Positions 1 to 11,964 of a stretch of 49,492 bases of DNA are shown here, piece after piece (position 1 is the stretch's first letter; each line of letters opens with the position of its first letter). Origin of the DNA: Mesotaenium endlicherianum (lineage: Eukaryota); NCBI GenBank assembly GCA_009602735.1, contig WELA01001462.1, forward strand, positions 446,921 through 496,412, written 5' to 3'. The position numbers and the translations under genes were made by a program. The notes under the pieces are model-generated. The model did not search any database. It saw only the letters and a program-made list of their open reading frames with translations, and was not told where the DNA came from.

Positions 1-2422
1 GAAATAAGCATGAGCAACAGATTTCGTTGCAAGTTACTACGTGTTCAATTTCTGTTGTTACTGAATAGTAAGTAGGTATCCTCTGCACTTCTGCGTGCAT
101 GCTCAACTATTCCAGGAGCCATTTATCGGCACGCATTACTCGGAGATGGTACTATATGACTAAATCTCCTAGGTGCAACATTCATCATTGCCCTTTCAAT
201 CATTTAAAGTCATCACTGTCTGCCAATGGATTTGTAACTAGAGAGAGGTATTGAGATTTATTATGTAAAAGCACCTTTTTCATTCACGGAGAACATCCCA
301 ACAGGGAGGGGTCCAGACGAGAGATATGTTATCAAAGAAACAGGCGACAATAAAATCCATAGTAAATGCCATATTTCACGTATCTTGGATGTCAATTGGA
401 GCAACCACGTTTACTCAGTTGGCACTTATAAGAATTATCTTATGTCAAATGAACCGCGGCGTGTATGCCCTCTCATTCACTATGATAATCTGTCAATGTA
501 TATGGATGGCATCATGCTTATGGAGAAGCTAAAACTGGCCTGTCTAAGATGAATATTCGGTGGGCATATGACAGTCTCAGCATGACAGTCTCATCCTAAA
601 GAGCCCCTCAAACACTACTTGTTTCCCTGGCATAAGGTGTGCAAGGCAATCAAGAAGTACAGCAGCACAGCCAGTATGAAGGCGTGCTTGGTCGAAACTT
701 ACATATATATAATACATTCCAGGCTTTTATTCATAAGCCCTTCGTACCCCTTCCTAAGTATGTATGTATGAGTGTTCACCACCAAAGACAGATGAGACCG
801 GCTCCAGAAAAGAATTGCGTTCAGCCAATACTTGCGTCCTAAATCCAGGAGTATATTGCCTCTGCTCAATAATTTTCCAAAAATCACCAAACCCCCATCG
901 AAGGTCCTTTACCAATGATCCCCGCAGTTTGTGTCCTCTAGGCGTTGCCTCAATAACTGTACAGTGGAGGACCGCTCTTCCGACATCTCAATGAACCATG
1001 GTGAGGCGCTTCAGCGAAATCACCCTTCCTCAATGTGTCCCCCCTCAGCAGTTGTGAGGTGTGAACTTCATCACGTGAATTTGGCTTCTGTGAGAGTAAT
1101 TTCTTTCCTTCGGGGACAGTGACATGAGGGGGTAATGTACTCAAGGGATGAGTAGGTGGCTTCTGCTGACGGGCTAAAGCCCAAAGGCTCGCCATCGCCA
1201 AAGCAGAGTCGTTTGCCCTGTCCTGGACGTACAGTACGCCGGTAAAACTGTCAGCTGCAGTGCAACGATTCATATCTCGACTACCTCTTCCAGAATGTTC
1301 CCAAACAGAACCAGTTATCGGTGCTCTCTCCACAGCAATCATACTGTAGAAGTACAAGAGACTGATGTCAACTATAAATAACGACAATTGTTCAGCGTAG
1401 CAAATTTAGCACGCAACCAAGTGAGAAAAACAGGAAGAATGGACTCGAACTGCACAGTACAATGAAAGACGAGGTTGCTCTCTGGAGAGGTAAGCAACAT
1501 TTCTCTCGGTGGTCCCTAACTTTAAAGGGCCTATTCGTCATCCATAAGTTACCAATGCAACGCACCAAGGGCTGCCGAAGGGCGGTTGGATTTTGAGGTC
1601 TGCGCCGACCGCAGAAAGACAATCCCAGCTTGCATCAGGTCCATATTCTGTTTGTATGTGCCACAACTGAAGAAAGCGGGCCGCTAAAGACTCTGAAGAA
1701 GGTTTGAGTCTGTTGTCCTATTCTTTGGTTGCATTATGAAATGCGTACATTATGGAGGAGGTAAAAGTGGGTAGACATCTCCCCGGGCACAAAAGTTTCT
1801 ACCTTCTTTTAAAATGCTCCAGGAACTTAGTAGGAAAAAGTGAGGCCATGTGAGCACTTGTGACGGTCATCGATACCAACAAATCGATAAATATACCCAG
1901 AATTCTGAAATCCGATGTAAATCGAAGCAATGGTCAGAGCTGACACAAGTCCGAGAAGTTTTTGCTGCTTTTGGCTGAGATTTTACCAGTTTTGTCAATT
2001 TTAGCCAGCTTGCTCGTGTCTGCCCAATCTTTCAACTTATCGCTTAAAAACCACGTCACGCAGTCGTGGAAAGTGATTTACGAGTGATCAAGACCAATCA
2101 GGAGCATTCGGGGTGGACTCGGGGTGGGTGGTAAACAGGTAATAATAGAGGTAAACAGGTACCTACAACCCATAGAGCACGCAGGCGGCAGGAGTACGTT
2201 CCTCGAAGAACGAGAGCGGATGTGGTCGGAAATCCACATTTCACCTTGTTTCACCTGGTTTCAGTACCGAGCACTCCGCTTGTTTGTCGTTGCTTGCATC
2301 AACGCCTATCACCGTTGTACGTTCTAGTACCTGAAAAGAGGGGCTTGTCATTTTGGTACTTCATAGCGTGGTTATGACATTATATATAGCATAGCAATAT
2401 GTTTTAAACACGCCGTGGTCGT

Positions 2423-3614
2423 TGTCGCGACTGCTATCCACTTGACGGTGCCGCACGCGCAGCGCAAGTCACGGCCGCCCAGGTACGGGAAGTCAGCATT
2501 GACTCACCGACCAGAGGACTGAGTCAGCGGTCATGTTGAAGTCGTTGTCACTGTCAAAGTGGTCACGACACGTCACACCCACACCCAGGACGAGATGGGG
2601 ATGTGGACCGAGTGGTCAGCCGAAAGGCTAGGGGCATGGAACCAGCAACCAGCCAGCCTAGCGAGTGCCAAGAAAGGTACTGATCAATCGGCTATCCAAG
2701 CCAAGTACAGCAGGGATGTTGCAAAGGGCGTTGTGTGTCGCCTCGGCCAGGCTCTCAGGTGACTGGTCACGACCTGAGCGTTTATCCTAAACGCTGCCAG
2801 CCAGCCACATAGGCGTGATTGTCAGCTGGAAGGCTAAGTGGTCACGCGCAACAATCCCAATGCATGCATGCATGCCGAATGACAACTTCTAAGTTGTGTG
2901 AGAGCTGCCGGGTAAGGACGGCATGCAAGCTAAGCGCTGTGACTAAGCACTGGTACTCTCGAAAGACGACCGTGTGTGGTGCTTGTGAAAGGCACGAGTC
3001 CTGCCTGAAGCTGCCTCATCCTTGCTCGCATTGTTGTCAAAGAAAGCTGAAGAAGAAGGAGTTCCCAGGGCCGAGGTGCCACGCTTCTGCCGACGTTGGA
3101 AGATTTCTTAAGTGTCATAGAAAGGTTAGGCCTGAGGAGTTCCCAAGAGAGGATCTCGCTGGTGGAAAGTAGAGAGCTGCAGAATAGAATTTGTTAGGAG
3201 ATTAGTGCAGATTGAGGTCAAACACCGCAAGCGTGCGAGGGTTACTTAAAATGGTGAGTGCTGTGTTAGTCTCCAAGTTCTCAGAAGTCTCTATTGCCGA
3301 ATTGCTGATAGCAAGAGTAATATTAACAAGTAAAGCTCTCAGTGAAGAACTGAGTAGGCCCAGCCAAGCAGTGAAGATCTGTTAAGGCGCGGTGTTGAGC
3401 GAAGAGCTCAGACCAAGCCAGCATAGATGTGCAGTTCGAAGTTTTGTAAGCTGTGACTCGTGGAAGTTAAGCGAAAGCCTTGAAGGGCGATTTTCTCTGA
3501 ACTTGACATTGCCTGTTAAGCTGCTTCGGCGTGATTTCTGCAAACCACAAACTTGTTCATCCTGTAAACCCTCAACTTGGGCAAAAGCCTGTGTGGAAGT
3601 AAGACGCTTCTGTC
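2423..3614 (+). repeat. Terminal repeat A1 of element 1
   Basis: Near-identical to 14130-15318. The duplicated spurious ORFs 2819-3172 and 14526-14876 confirm the match. Confidence 0.95.
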
Positions 3615-3637
3615 TTGATTCTGAGAACTTCGGTTGA

Positions 3638-5340
3638 TTGGTTCAGGTGAGCAAGAATTCCCAAGTCAGTTGGGGACTGAGGCCTGTGAAGGCTGCCGGT
3701 GTTCAACTTGGAAGGGGACTCGGACAAATTCAACCGTATATGCGATTGAGGAGTGGAAGATTCTACCACTCTGTGGAGCCAGCAGAAGGTTCTGATTCTA
3801 GCCAGAGTCCACGAGAAAGTGAGACGTCTGAGTATACTGACAACCGGTGGAGTGAGCAACCGTCGAGAGACGAGTCTCGTCATAACTCCGCAAGCGGTGA
3901 GAACCCAGATAATACACGAGCCTTTGTACCTGATTTGGGCAGAGAGCAAGACGTGTGGAGAAGAGTCAGTGAGTCCTGTTCTCCGTTCGAAATGGTCGGT
4001 GATGATCGGGATGAAAATCCTAAGTTCAAGCTGTCTGCAAAGTGTTTTAGCGGACGAACCAGCGGAAATGGTCTCACTTTCGAAGAGTTTGATGAGATCT
4101 ATTGGGCAGAATTCTTTGAGACGATTCGGAAGGATTCTTCTTATACGCAATCTGTCGCATTTATAGGCTTGGTTCAGTACTTGGACAAGGATGCCCTGCT
4201 GTTATATCGCCAATTTCGGAAGGATGAGGATCTCACCCAGGACTGGGCGTTTCGAGAACAGAAAAGGGCTAGGGATTTAAAAATCCAGAAAGAGGCTGCG
4301 AAAGCCCGAATGTCTGCTTTATCTTCAGGAAGAACAATGACAACTGCACCTGTTGAGAGCATAGACTTAGTTGCACTAACACAAGAATTAACAGAGGTCA
4401 TGAGGCAACTCACTTGTCTGAAAAGATTGCTAAAGCTCAGGAACGAGTAACACGCAGAGCTACACCTCTCAATGGTCAGCAAAGCGATATTGCCACGACA
4501 GAGGCAAGCCATGCGCATGCCTTGGCTAGCTGTCGTAAGGATATGGAGGCTGGGGATGACCAGCTAGACTCCACGCATTGCCTGCGTCGTTTCTTCAAGT
4601 TGCTTGAAGCACGATTCCCAGAGGATCGCAGTCTTAAGGTGCACCGTTATGTGCATTTTGTTCGTCAAAAGAACGAGACAGTCATGGAGGTCAAATCCAG
4701 ATTGGTAGACCTCGCCAAAAATGCAAATATATACGAGCCCAGAATAGTGGCTGACAAGTTTCTGTTGTGCTTGGGCAAGGAAACAGATCATGAAGTCAGG
4801 CCACATCTGTCCGCAAAACACGAGATTGATTGGGACATCGACGAGGCGGCTGACATAGCACAAAATGTCGAAGAAGGTAAAGTATGGTATGAAGAGGCTT
4901 CCAGGACGCTTATGGCTCCTGAGAGGAGAGAGGAATTCTCTTCGCCTAAGGCCAACAGCTCTAATTTTCATTTTAAGAAAAAGAGCGGGTCTTTCAATAA
5001 GTTCGCTAAGCACGCCAACACTGCGGAGACAGCAGAGAGTTGTTGGAATTGCGGGAAATCAAGACATCAGAAGAGAGACTGTCCGTACCCAGATGCTAAG
5101 CAACTATCCGCTAGCAAAGCGCAAATATGCGCACATTGCAGTAAGAAGGGACACTCGAAAGATGAGTGCTGGTCTAAGAACCCAAATCTAAAGCCACCCT
5201 GGGCAAATGCTGCCACGAAACAGGCAGACAAAGAGAAAAAGAAAGAAAAGGGTGGCTCTGGTAATCGCAAGGGTAACCATAAGTATGAAGCTATGAGTGC
5301 AGAAATCGCGGAGTTGAAAGCACAGTTTGCGAAACTAAAT
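3638..5340 (+). pseudogene. gag: Gag with two CCHC zinc knuckles, frameshifted near 4410
   Basis: ORFs 3638-4450 and 4414-6783. Knuckles CWNCGKSRHQKRDC (~5041) and CAHCSKKGHSKDEC (~5128). Confidence 0.85.
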
Positions 5341-5759
5341 GCGTCCAATGTCTACTATGATGCAGATATTGCAGAAAAGACCGTCTGCAAAGGCGAGCAG
5401 CGGCTGCCTGAAAAGACTGTGGATGCAACGAATGCCGAGCAAGCAAATCACAACCGTCTGGTGCCAAGGAATGCTGGGAAGCTTCCTCAGACTTTTTGGA
5501 TCACTCTAGATGAGAACGAGATCTTGCAGCTACGACAAACCAGGCCCGGGTCGCGCAAGACATTTAGTTTTTCGCTGGAGAAGCTGAATGGCCTAGTGGA
5601 ACACCGGATCCAGCATGCTCCTTTGCTTTCTCTCGCTGATTTGCATATCACTTATCCATTCACGGTTGAAGAGGCCAGACATCAGTTGGATATAGCCGAG
5701 GAAGGTGCAAATAGCGCCTCATTGTCCACCAATTTTAGCACCGTGAGAGTGCAAATTAA

Positions 5760-6120
5760 GGATGGTGTATTGACCTTCAACAACTGGGCGGCTCCCAACA
5801 TTCTGTTGGATACGGGCGCACAGCCAGTCATTTTGGAAAAACGAGCTGTGAAAGCTCTAGGTTCGACGACAAGGGACCTGAAAGAGAGTCTTTTTCAGTT
5901 GAGAACTGCCTCAGGACAAGTCTCAAAGTCTTGTGGGATTACCCGCAAGCCTGTGACAATCACAGTAAATCCAAGGAAACTTGAAGAGGCGTCACTATGC
6001 ATGGAGTGCACAGTGACGGAAGCTGAGAACTATGATGTTCTCTTGGGAACAGAAGCACTGATTCCCTTGGGTATAGTCATTGATTTGCGAAAACAGAGAG
6101 TGACTTACCAGTCAACAGAT
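5760..6120 (+). CDS. Retroviral-type aspartic protease domain, within ORF 4414-6783
   Basis: ILLDTGAQ active site and YDVLLGTEAL C-terminal motif. Confidence 0.9.
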
Positions 6121-6439
6121 AGGCAGCCGGCAGGAGAAATTCTTGTAAAATTGATTTACGTAGGAGAAGCAAACTATGGACTGCTAGACTGCTGCGTTAA
6201 TGACTGGTACCCAGAAGCCAGCGACAACCTCATGAAGCAAGAAGAGGAAGGCTATACAAGCATCAACATGCCAACACCCTTGGTATGGCAACCCCGGATT
6301 ATGAAGCAACTGGAAACTGTGAGTAGTAGGGACCACGGCCCGCAAGAGCTGCTGCCAGTACCCTTCCCAGTTACTTCCTCTGCAAATCTGATGCCCGGAG
6401 TGGAGCCGTTGCCGCAAGGCATTGTCAGGATGGAAGATC

Positions 6440-7430
6440 CTTTTTGCAAAAGGGGAGTGGTGGTGTTGGAATTATTCGCCGGACTTGGCTCTGGGACCAT
6501 AGCATTGATCCAGCGAGGAATACAGGTGGCCAAAGTCCTGTATGTGGACAACGATGACCACGCTTTTCGAGCATTCCAAGAGGTCATGAATCAGATGCGG
6601 CAAATGCATCATTTTAAAGGGTTGGCGCCTGCATATAGCAATGTCGAGCGCATTGCCGGAGGCAACATTATGAACGTGAAGCCTGAATACCTGTATTGCT
6701 ACAGGATTGATTGGATCTTTGCTGGATTCCCTTGTCAACCATTTTCTCGAGCTGGAAACAGGAGGCGATTCAGTGACCCATGAGCACAACACTGGGGATG
6801 GATGGTGAAAATCATCAGCATGCTGCGGGAACGTCAGCACTATTACCCACCTATGTTTGTGATTGAGAACGTACATCCAGGAATGGACTACAAGCAGATG
6901 AAGCCGGGAGAACCATGGCTGATTTTTGACTCCACTTTGGGCCATCATGTGCTAATCAACGACGCCAAGCACGGGGAATTATCCCATAGGACCAGGATAT
7001 TTTGGACCAACGGCATGTCTATTGAGGTTCTGAGAGAAATGGAGGACATTACACGGCGATCACCGACAGCAGTGACAGTGGAAAGGGCACTGACGGTGCA
7101 TACTAGACCAGTGACCTGGAGGGATTCCTATCCACAGTGTGTCATCACGAACCAGGCGAGCTAAGAATAGTACTGCCTACCTTTACAGCATATCCAGGAT
7201 CTCGAGCCTTCAGAGGAGGTGGACCAGGAATGGTCAAAGACATATATAAAAGAGACGCCGTGTGGAGAGAGCCCACCGTGGTGGAAAAGGGCAAATGCCT
7301 TGGAATACCCGACACCATAGCTTGGCATATAGCCGGTGCTGTAGGATCAGATGAAGCTGCAAAGATTTTTGGCAACATGATTTGGCAGCACTCTATGACT
7401 TGGTTGGTGGAAACAATCATGACATGGCAA
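6440..7430 (+). pseudogene. DNMT3-like C5 cytosine DNA methyltransferase domain, in frame with gag-protease
   Basis: Motif I VLELFAGLGSG, IV FAGFPCQPFSRAG, VI FVIENV, VIII HRTRIFWTN, IX EKGKCLGIPD, X IFGNMI. Premature TGA at 6781 (DP*, probably DPR) and a frameshift near 7155. Confidence 0.92.
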
Positions 7431-7467
7431 CAATTGACCTTCACTGACAAGCCTATGCCTAAGACCA

Positions 7468-9675
7468 GTGACAATTGGGATCAACGTGGTGCCAACATCT
7501 GATCAGAGGGCTATCAGAATGGCACATCAGCAACAAGAAGAATACTGGGTGCAAAGAGACGCAGCGGAAGTCGCTGTAGACAGAGCATATGGGGGAGATA
7601 GGGTGGCAGAACTGATGAGATGTCAGGATCTATTGGACCTGATTGATAACTGGACCAATGAACTACAAGCACCTCTGGAAAGAGAGGATACACCCATGAG
7701 GGATCAGGCGCCTGAGCAAGCAGCACCGCCACCAGGAGTGGAAGACGATACGCATGGCACCCCATCATCTGTGAGAAACGCCACTCACAGCCAGATTTTT
7801 GGGAGCTCACCTCCCGGAGCAACGACATCAATACGTTCAGAGACCCCAGAAGAGGCCAAGTCAGGGTATGATACCTCCTTCAGCCCAAGAGCAGCTGGGC
7901 GCGAAGACTAATGGCAGGAAAGCTCAAGTAGCTGGTAAGCCAACCAAAAGTGTCTATTGTCTTCACCAAAGCGGGCATCGTTACAAGACATGTCAGAATA
8001 ATTTGAGAAGAAGGCTCCTGAGCCTACAACTGAAAATACGGGATACTGCCTAATCCAAGAACTAAGGCAAGAACGCCAGTGCAATCTTGGTGAATGGGCC
8101 GAAGAGAGTAGCCAGAACTTAGGAGATTCTGGAGGGTCTGCAAAGACCATATGTTCCGAAGTGATATTCGAAGAACGCCAGGAGGAGTTGGACAAGAAAC
8201 TGTCTACAACACCTACCTTGATAAGCCCAGAGCCGCAGGCTAAGGGGCAACAGCAGGATTCAGCTAGTCAAACAGCTGACTCCATTGCAAAACAAATCAT
8301 GGAGCAGCTGCTAGACGCAGACGCTCGATAACACAAGGAAAGGGAAGTGGCTAAGGCGGCAAGCACTCTGCAATCAGCCATCGTCAACTTGGCGAAGCTC
8401 AACACAGATAATGAAGAAGAACCGCCACCACCTGGAGTGGAGAAATCAGTTGAAGATGAGGCAGAGATGCCAGACCTTCTAGATTTCGACTTGCCGTCAG
8501 TCACCAATGAAGAGGAGATTCAGGAAGCAATTCCACGTTTTCCTACCCCAGAGCTGGACCTGTTGGAGCTGCAAGAACTCAGAACGGATGACTGGGTGAA
8601 CGACCAATTGATGATGGAAGGACCTAGCCCGGCCGATCTTTACAACGATCTAAGGTCGCCTACATCCAGCACTCCAACCGCCAGTTTGCCAGCACAAGAA
8701 GCCACCCCACATCAGCTACAACAGCCGCAGGAAGTGGCTGCCTGCACCGCTATGGTGGAACCAACACAAGGAAATCCTCATGGTCGCGCAAGCAGACCAA
8801 GAATGGTTGCCCGGGAAGGAAATGCACCTTTCAGGCGAAAGCTGATGCGTTATTTCAAGTACAGGGGAACAGCTCAGAGAGAAGGGGTTCCAAAAGGAAC
8901 CACGGCTCCTCCTCCGCAACCTATCCTAGAGATTCTGCAAAGAGAGGGAGAGGATGGCATAATTCGCAAAGTCATGACATTAGGAATTCACATTCCCATG
9001 GTGTACCCCTCATCCACTGGAACATGGGAGAAGGACAGCTCAGCTCCTAGGACACCTGCAGTGTCTGAAAGGGAACTGGTAGAGCTGAGAAGCACCATAA
9101 GCCGCTTGATAGCAGAAAATGCTGTATACGCACAACTAGCTGCGGCTCAAAGATCGCAGACTATGACACAAACATGGACGGTTACGCCACCAGCCAGGGA
9201 GGAGTTTGGCACAACCGTTGCGCGCATAGCCACCATGGAGCGCGAATGGGGTTGGACAATCGACTCCAGAGCAGATCCAGCAGGGTGGCCTTTGCCAAAC
9301 CTACCTCCACCACGTGAAGAAGGAGGAACAAGGACCAGCTGGACTGCGGCCGATGAAGAAAGATTCTTGAGGCAGCCCATCCGGAGGCGTCTAACCTACA
9401 CCACGCAACCAGAAAGGCGACGATCTATTGGAAAAGGTAAGAGGCCTAAGAAGCAGGCCATCGAGCCTGAGACAGCGGAGGAGCAAGCTGCAAAGCGTGC
9501 CACTCCACCGCCTAACAATCAGGCAGATAGCCTGAAGGCCAGGATGAGGGCGGAAAGCCCCCACCTGGACCCAAAGAGTAGCAACTACTGGATGCCTGTG
9601 TTGGGGAAAAGCAGCCAGCAACTGAGGTTTTCACCATTGGAATCATGGTCTCAGCCCAACAGAGAGCACAAGTAG
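7468..9675 (+). pseudogene. Unassigned Pro/Glu-rich polyprotein segment between DNMT and RT
   Basis: ORF pieces 7468-7911 and 8347-9675 on the element's coding strand. No recognisable motif. Confidence 0.5.
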
Positions 9676-11949
9676 AAAGGCTGCTGAAAAAGCACCGCAG
9701 AGTATTCGCTTTTACCAAGGAGGAAATTGGTAGAACCACTGCTAGTGTGTGTGAGATCACACTAACTACTGATAACCCGGTCAGACTTGAGCCGCATAAG
9801 TTCAGTCAGACCGAATGGGACTGTGTGGAGAAAACTTGCCAGGAGCTGCACAAACTCGGCATGATCGAGAAATCAACCTCCATACATGGAGCTCCTACGG
9901 TAGTAGTTGCCAAGAAGGACGAGGATGGCAATTATACAGCTACTCGTATGTGTGGGGACTACAGACGACTGAATCTTCACACGGAGCCAGACAGCTATGT
10001 GATGCCTACACCAGAGCGGATCTTTGCGATTGCTACCACTAGGAAGGTGTTCAGCATCATCGATCTACGCCAAAGCTTCAACCACATCCCTGTGAAAACA
10101 GAACATTGAGGTAAGACCGCTTTCTGGGCCCAAAGGGAACTCTGGCAATGGACGATAATGCCGTTTGGGCTGAAAAATGCCCCAGCCATCTTTGAGCGGA
10201 CTATGGATAAAGTGTGGAAGGGCCTGGATATTGCAAAACCATACATTGATGAAATAGTGGTATTCAGCAAGTCCATAGAGGAGCACCTCGAGCACTTGGA
10301 ACAAGTGTTCCAGCGCCTAGAGAAATTCCAGATGAAGCTGCATCCTGGAAACTGCAGATTCTTTGAGACACATGTGCCTTGTCGTGCGTTACGAGGTCGA
10401 GTGCGCACCATAGGCATAAGCAACACGTCATAGGCAAGCAGGCTTTGCTGCAATGGAGTCTATAATACATGTGGCGTTATAGCCAAAAAGGGAGTCAAGT
10501 TGAAAATGTTTTAATTAAGGGATGTGTACTCTCCAGAGTGAGCACCTCAAAACTGTAATCTGGTAGGAAAACAACTAATGAAGTATGGCCCAAAAGATCA
10601 CTGGAAGCACATCAGGATCTTCAGAGTAGTCCTATGGCAAGGGCTTAAGCTGTGACTTTGCTCACCACTTGTGAAGTTCTTCAAGTGACTGGAAGCCTGA
10701 AGGGCTTGCTCTTCACAAGAGAGTAACTAAGTGGTCCTGAAAACACAAGAGATAAAAGTGTAAGCTTTACTGATGATCTCTGTTACTTACACCTGGCATA
10801 ATGGACTTCTAAAAGATGTCTCTTCTAGGGACATCTCTAGTACTTATACTCCTGGAAATCCCGCAGGGTATGCGGCGGATCCAGTGCATGTAGTCACTCT
10901 AGGAGGCTCTCTTATGACCACTAATGTGTACAAGGCATGTACTAGCACTCTTATAGGCCAAGCATAACTCAAACCAATCAAAGCAAGGTGCGTAGGATAT
11001 GCTACGTGTCCCTCATTGGCCGAGCTTACCTTGGGTGATTCTACCTAGATAGCGCCTCAAAAGTGGATCTGGAAATTGAGGAAGCTTCCTCTAGGAGTAG
11101 GTGATGCAGTCACCAAGTTATAGCCTCAATGATGCATATATACTATGGAAATGCAAAGCTTATGTAGGCTAAGGGGCTCACGGATTTGTGCGCACAAAGC
11201 TTGGGGTCACGAAGAACCAACAATGTCACCTTTGGGGACATTGAGTCACAAATTGGGCCTTGGGAAAGTTTCGCTAGGGACCGGTAGGTGACGCGGACTA
11301 GATCGCACCTATCTCGCTCGATACTTGACCAAATGACGCGAAATTGGTGCCATTCGAAAGATGCTTCGACGCGCTACACGTTGGTGACTTGGAAATCTAG
11401 AAAAGGTCAACATACAAATGCGTAAAGTCAATGCAAAGTCGGCCTTCCTAGGTTGATGTTCCGCACATGTGGAGCTTGGTTTTTATATGACAACCTCGAC
11501 TCAATAAATCATGACAGCCTTACTTAGGACATGAGATTGGGAACAATGCTATGTCCCCTTAGGCTGTAAAGACTGAAGCCATTTACAAGATACTTGCACT
11601 AGCGAATGTGTCTAAGCTGAAAGCTCTGTTAGGGCTAAGCGGATACTATCGTAAATTTGTGAAGGATTATAGCAAAATTGCTAAACCCTTGACAGAACTC
11701 CTGAAAAAGGACGTACCTTTTGTGTGGACAGAAGCCCAGGAGAAGGCCTTGAACGAGCTCAAGGAGCGACTGGTAACAGCCCCAGTCTTGCGAACACCTG
11801 ACTACTCCAAGCCGTTCAATCTACACACCGACTGGAGTCGTATGGGAATTGGCGCAGTACTCACTCAGGTCGAAAGTCCTAGAGAGGAGTACGTCACTGC
11901 CTATGCCTCGCGCTCTAACAACCGAGCGGAGAGCAACTACTCGTCCTAA
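9645..11949 (+). pseudogene. pol: Reverse transcriptase and RNase H N-part, interrupted by solo repeat 10380-11516
   Basis: RMCGDYRRLN, MPFGLKNAPA, YIDE (for YIDD), ETHVP|YLGHEIG across the insertion, LGLSGYYRKFV, LHTDWS, AYASRS. Confidence 0.95.
10380..11516 (-). mobile_element. Solo A+B repeat unit of the element 2/3 family, with 4-bp TSD
   Basis: Ends TGTCGTG...CATGACA with GCCT on both sides (10376-10379, 11517-11520). Removing it restores the RT frame. 10380-10516 matches 26305-26437 and 26575-26711. 11381-11516 matches 26438-26572. Confidence 0.95.
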
Positions 11950-11964
11950 GGAGAGCTACTGGCA

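Noticed and set aside
1..2422. Short ORFs, including 950-1387, and a possible 5' half of the Harbinger transposase
   Set aside because: No recognisable motifs. The frame leading into the insertion hits a stop at 2405, so continuity with 15618 is unsupported.
2559..3637. ORFs inside repeat A (e.g. Cys-rich 2819-3172) and their copies at 14526-15290
   Set aside because: Duplicated only because they lie within the terminal repeat; non-ATG starts and no domain pattern.
3615..3660. tRNA primer binding site after A1
   Set aside because: No TGG-initiated tRNA-complementary sequence adjacent to the repeat end could be recognised.
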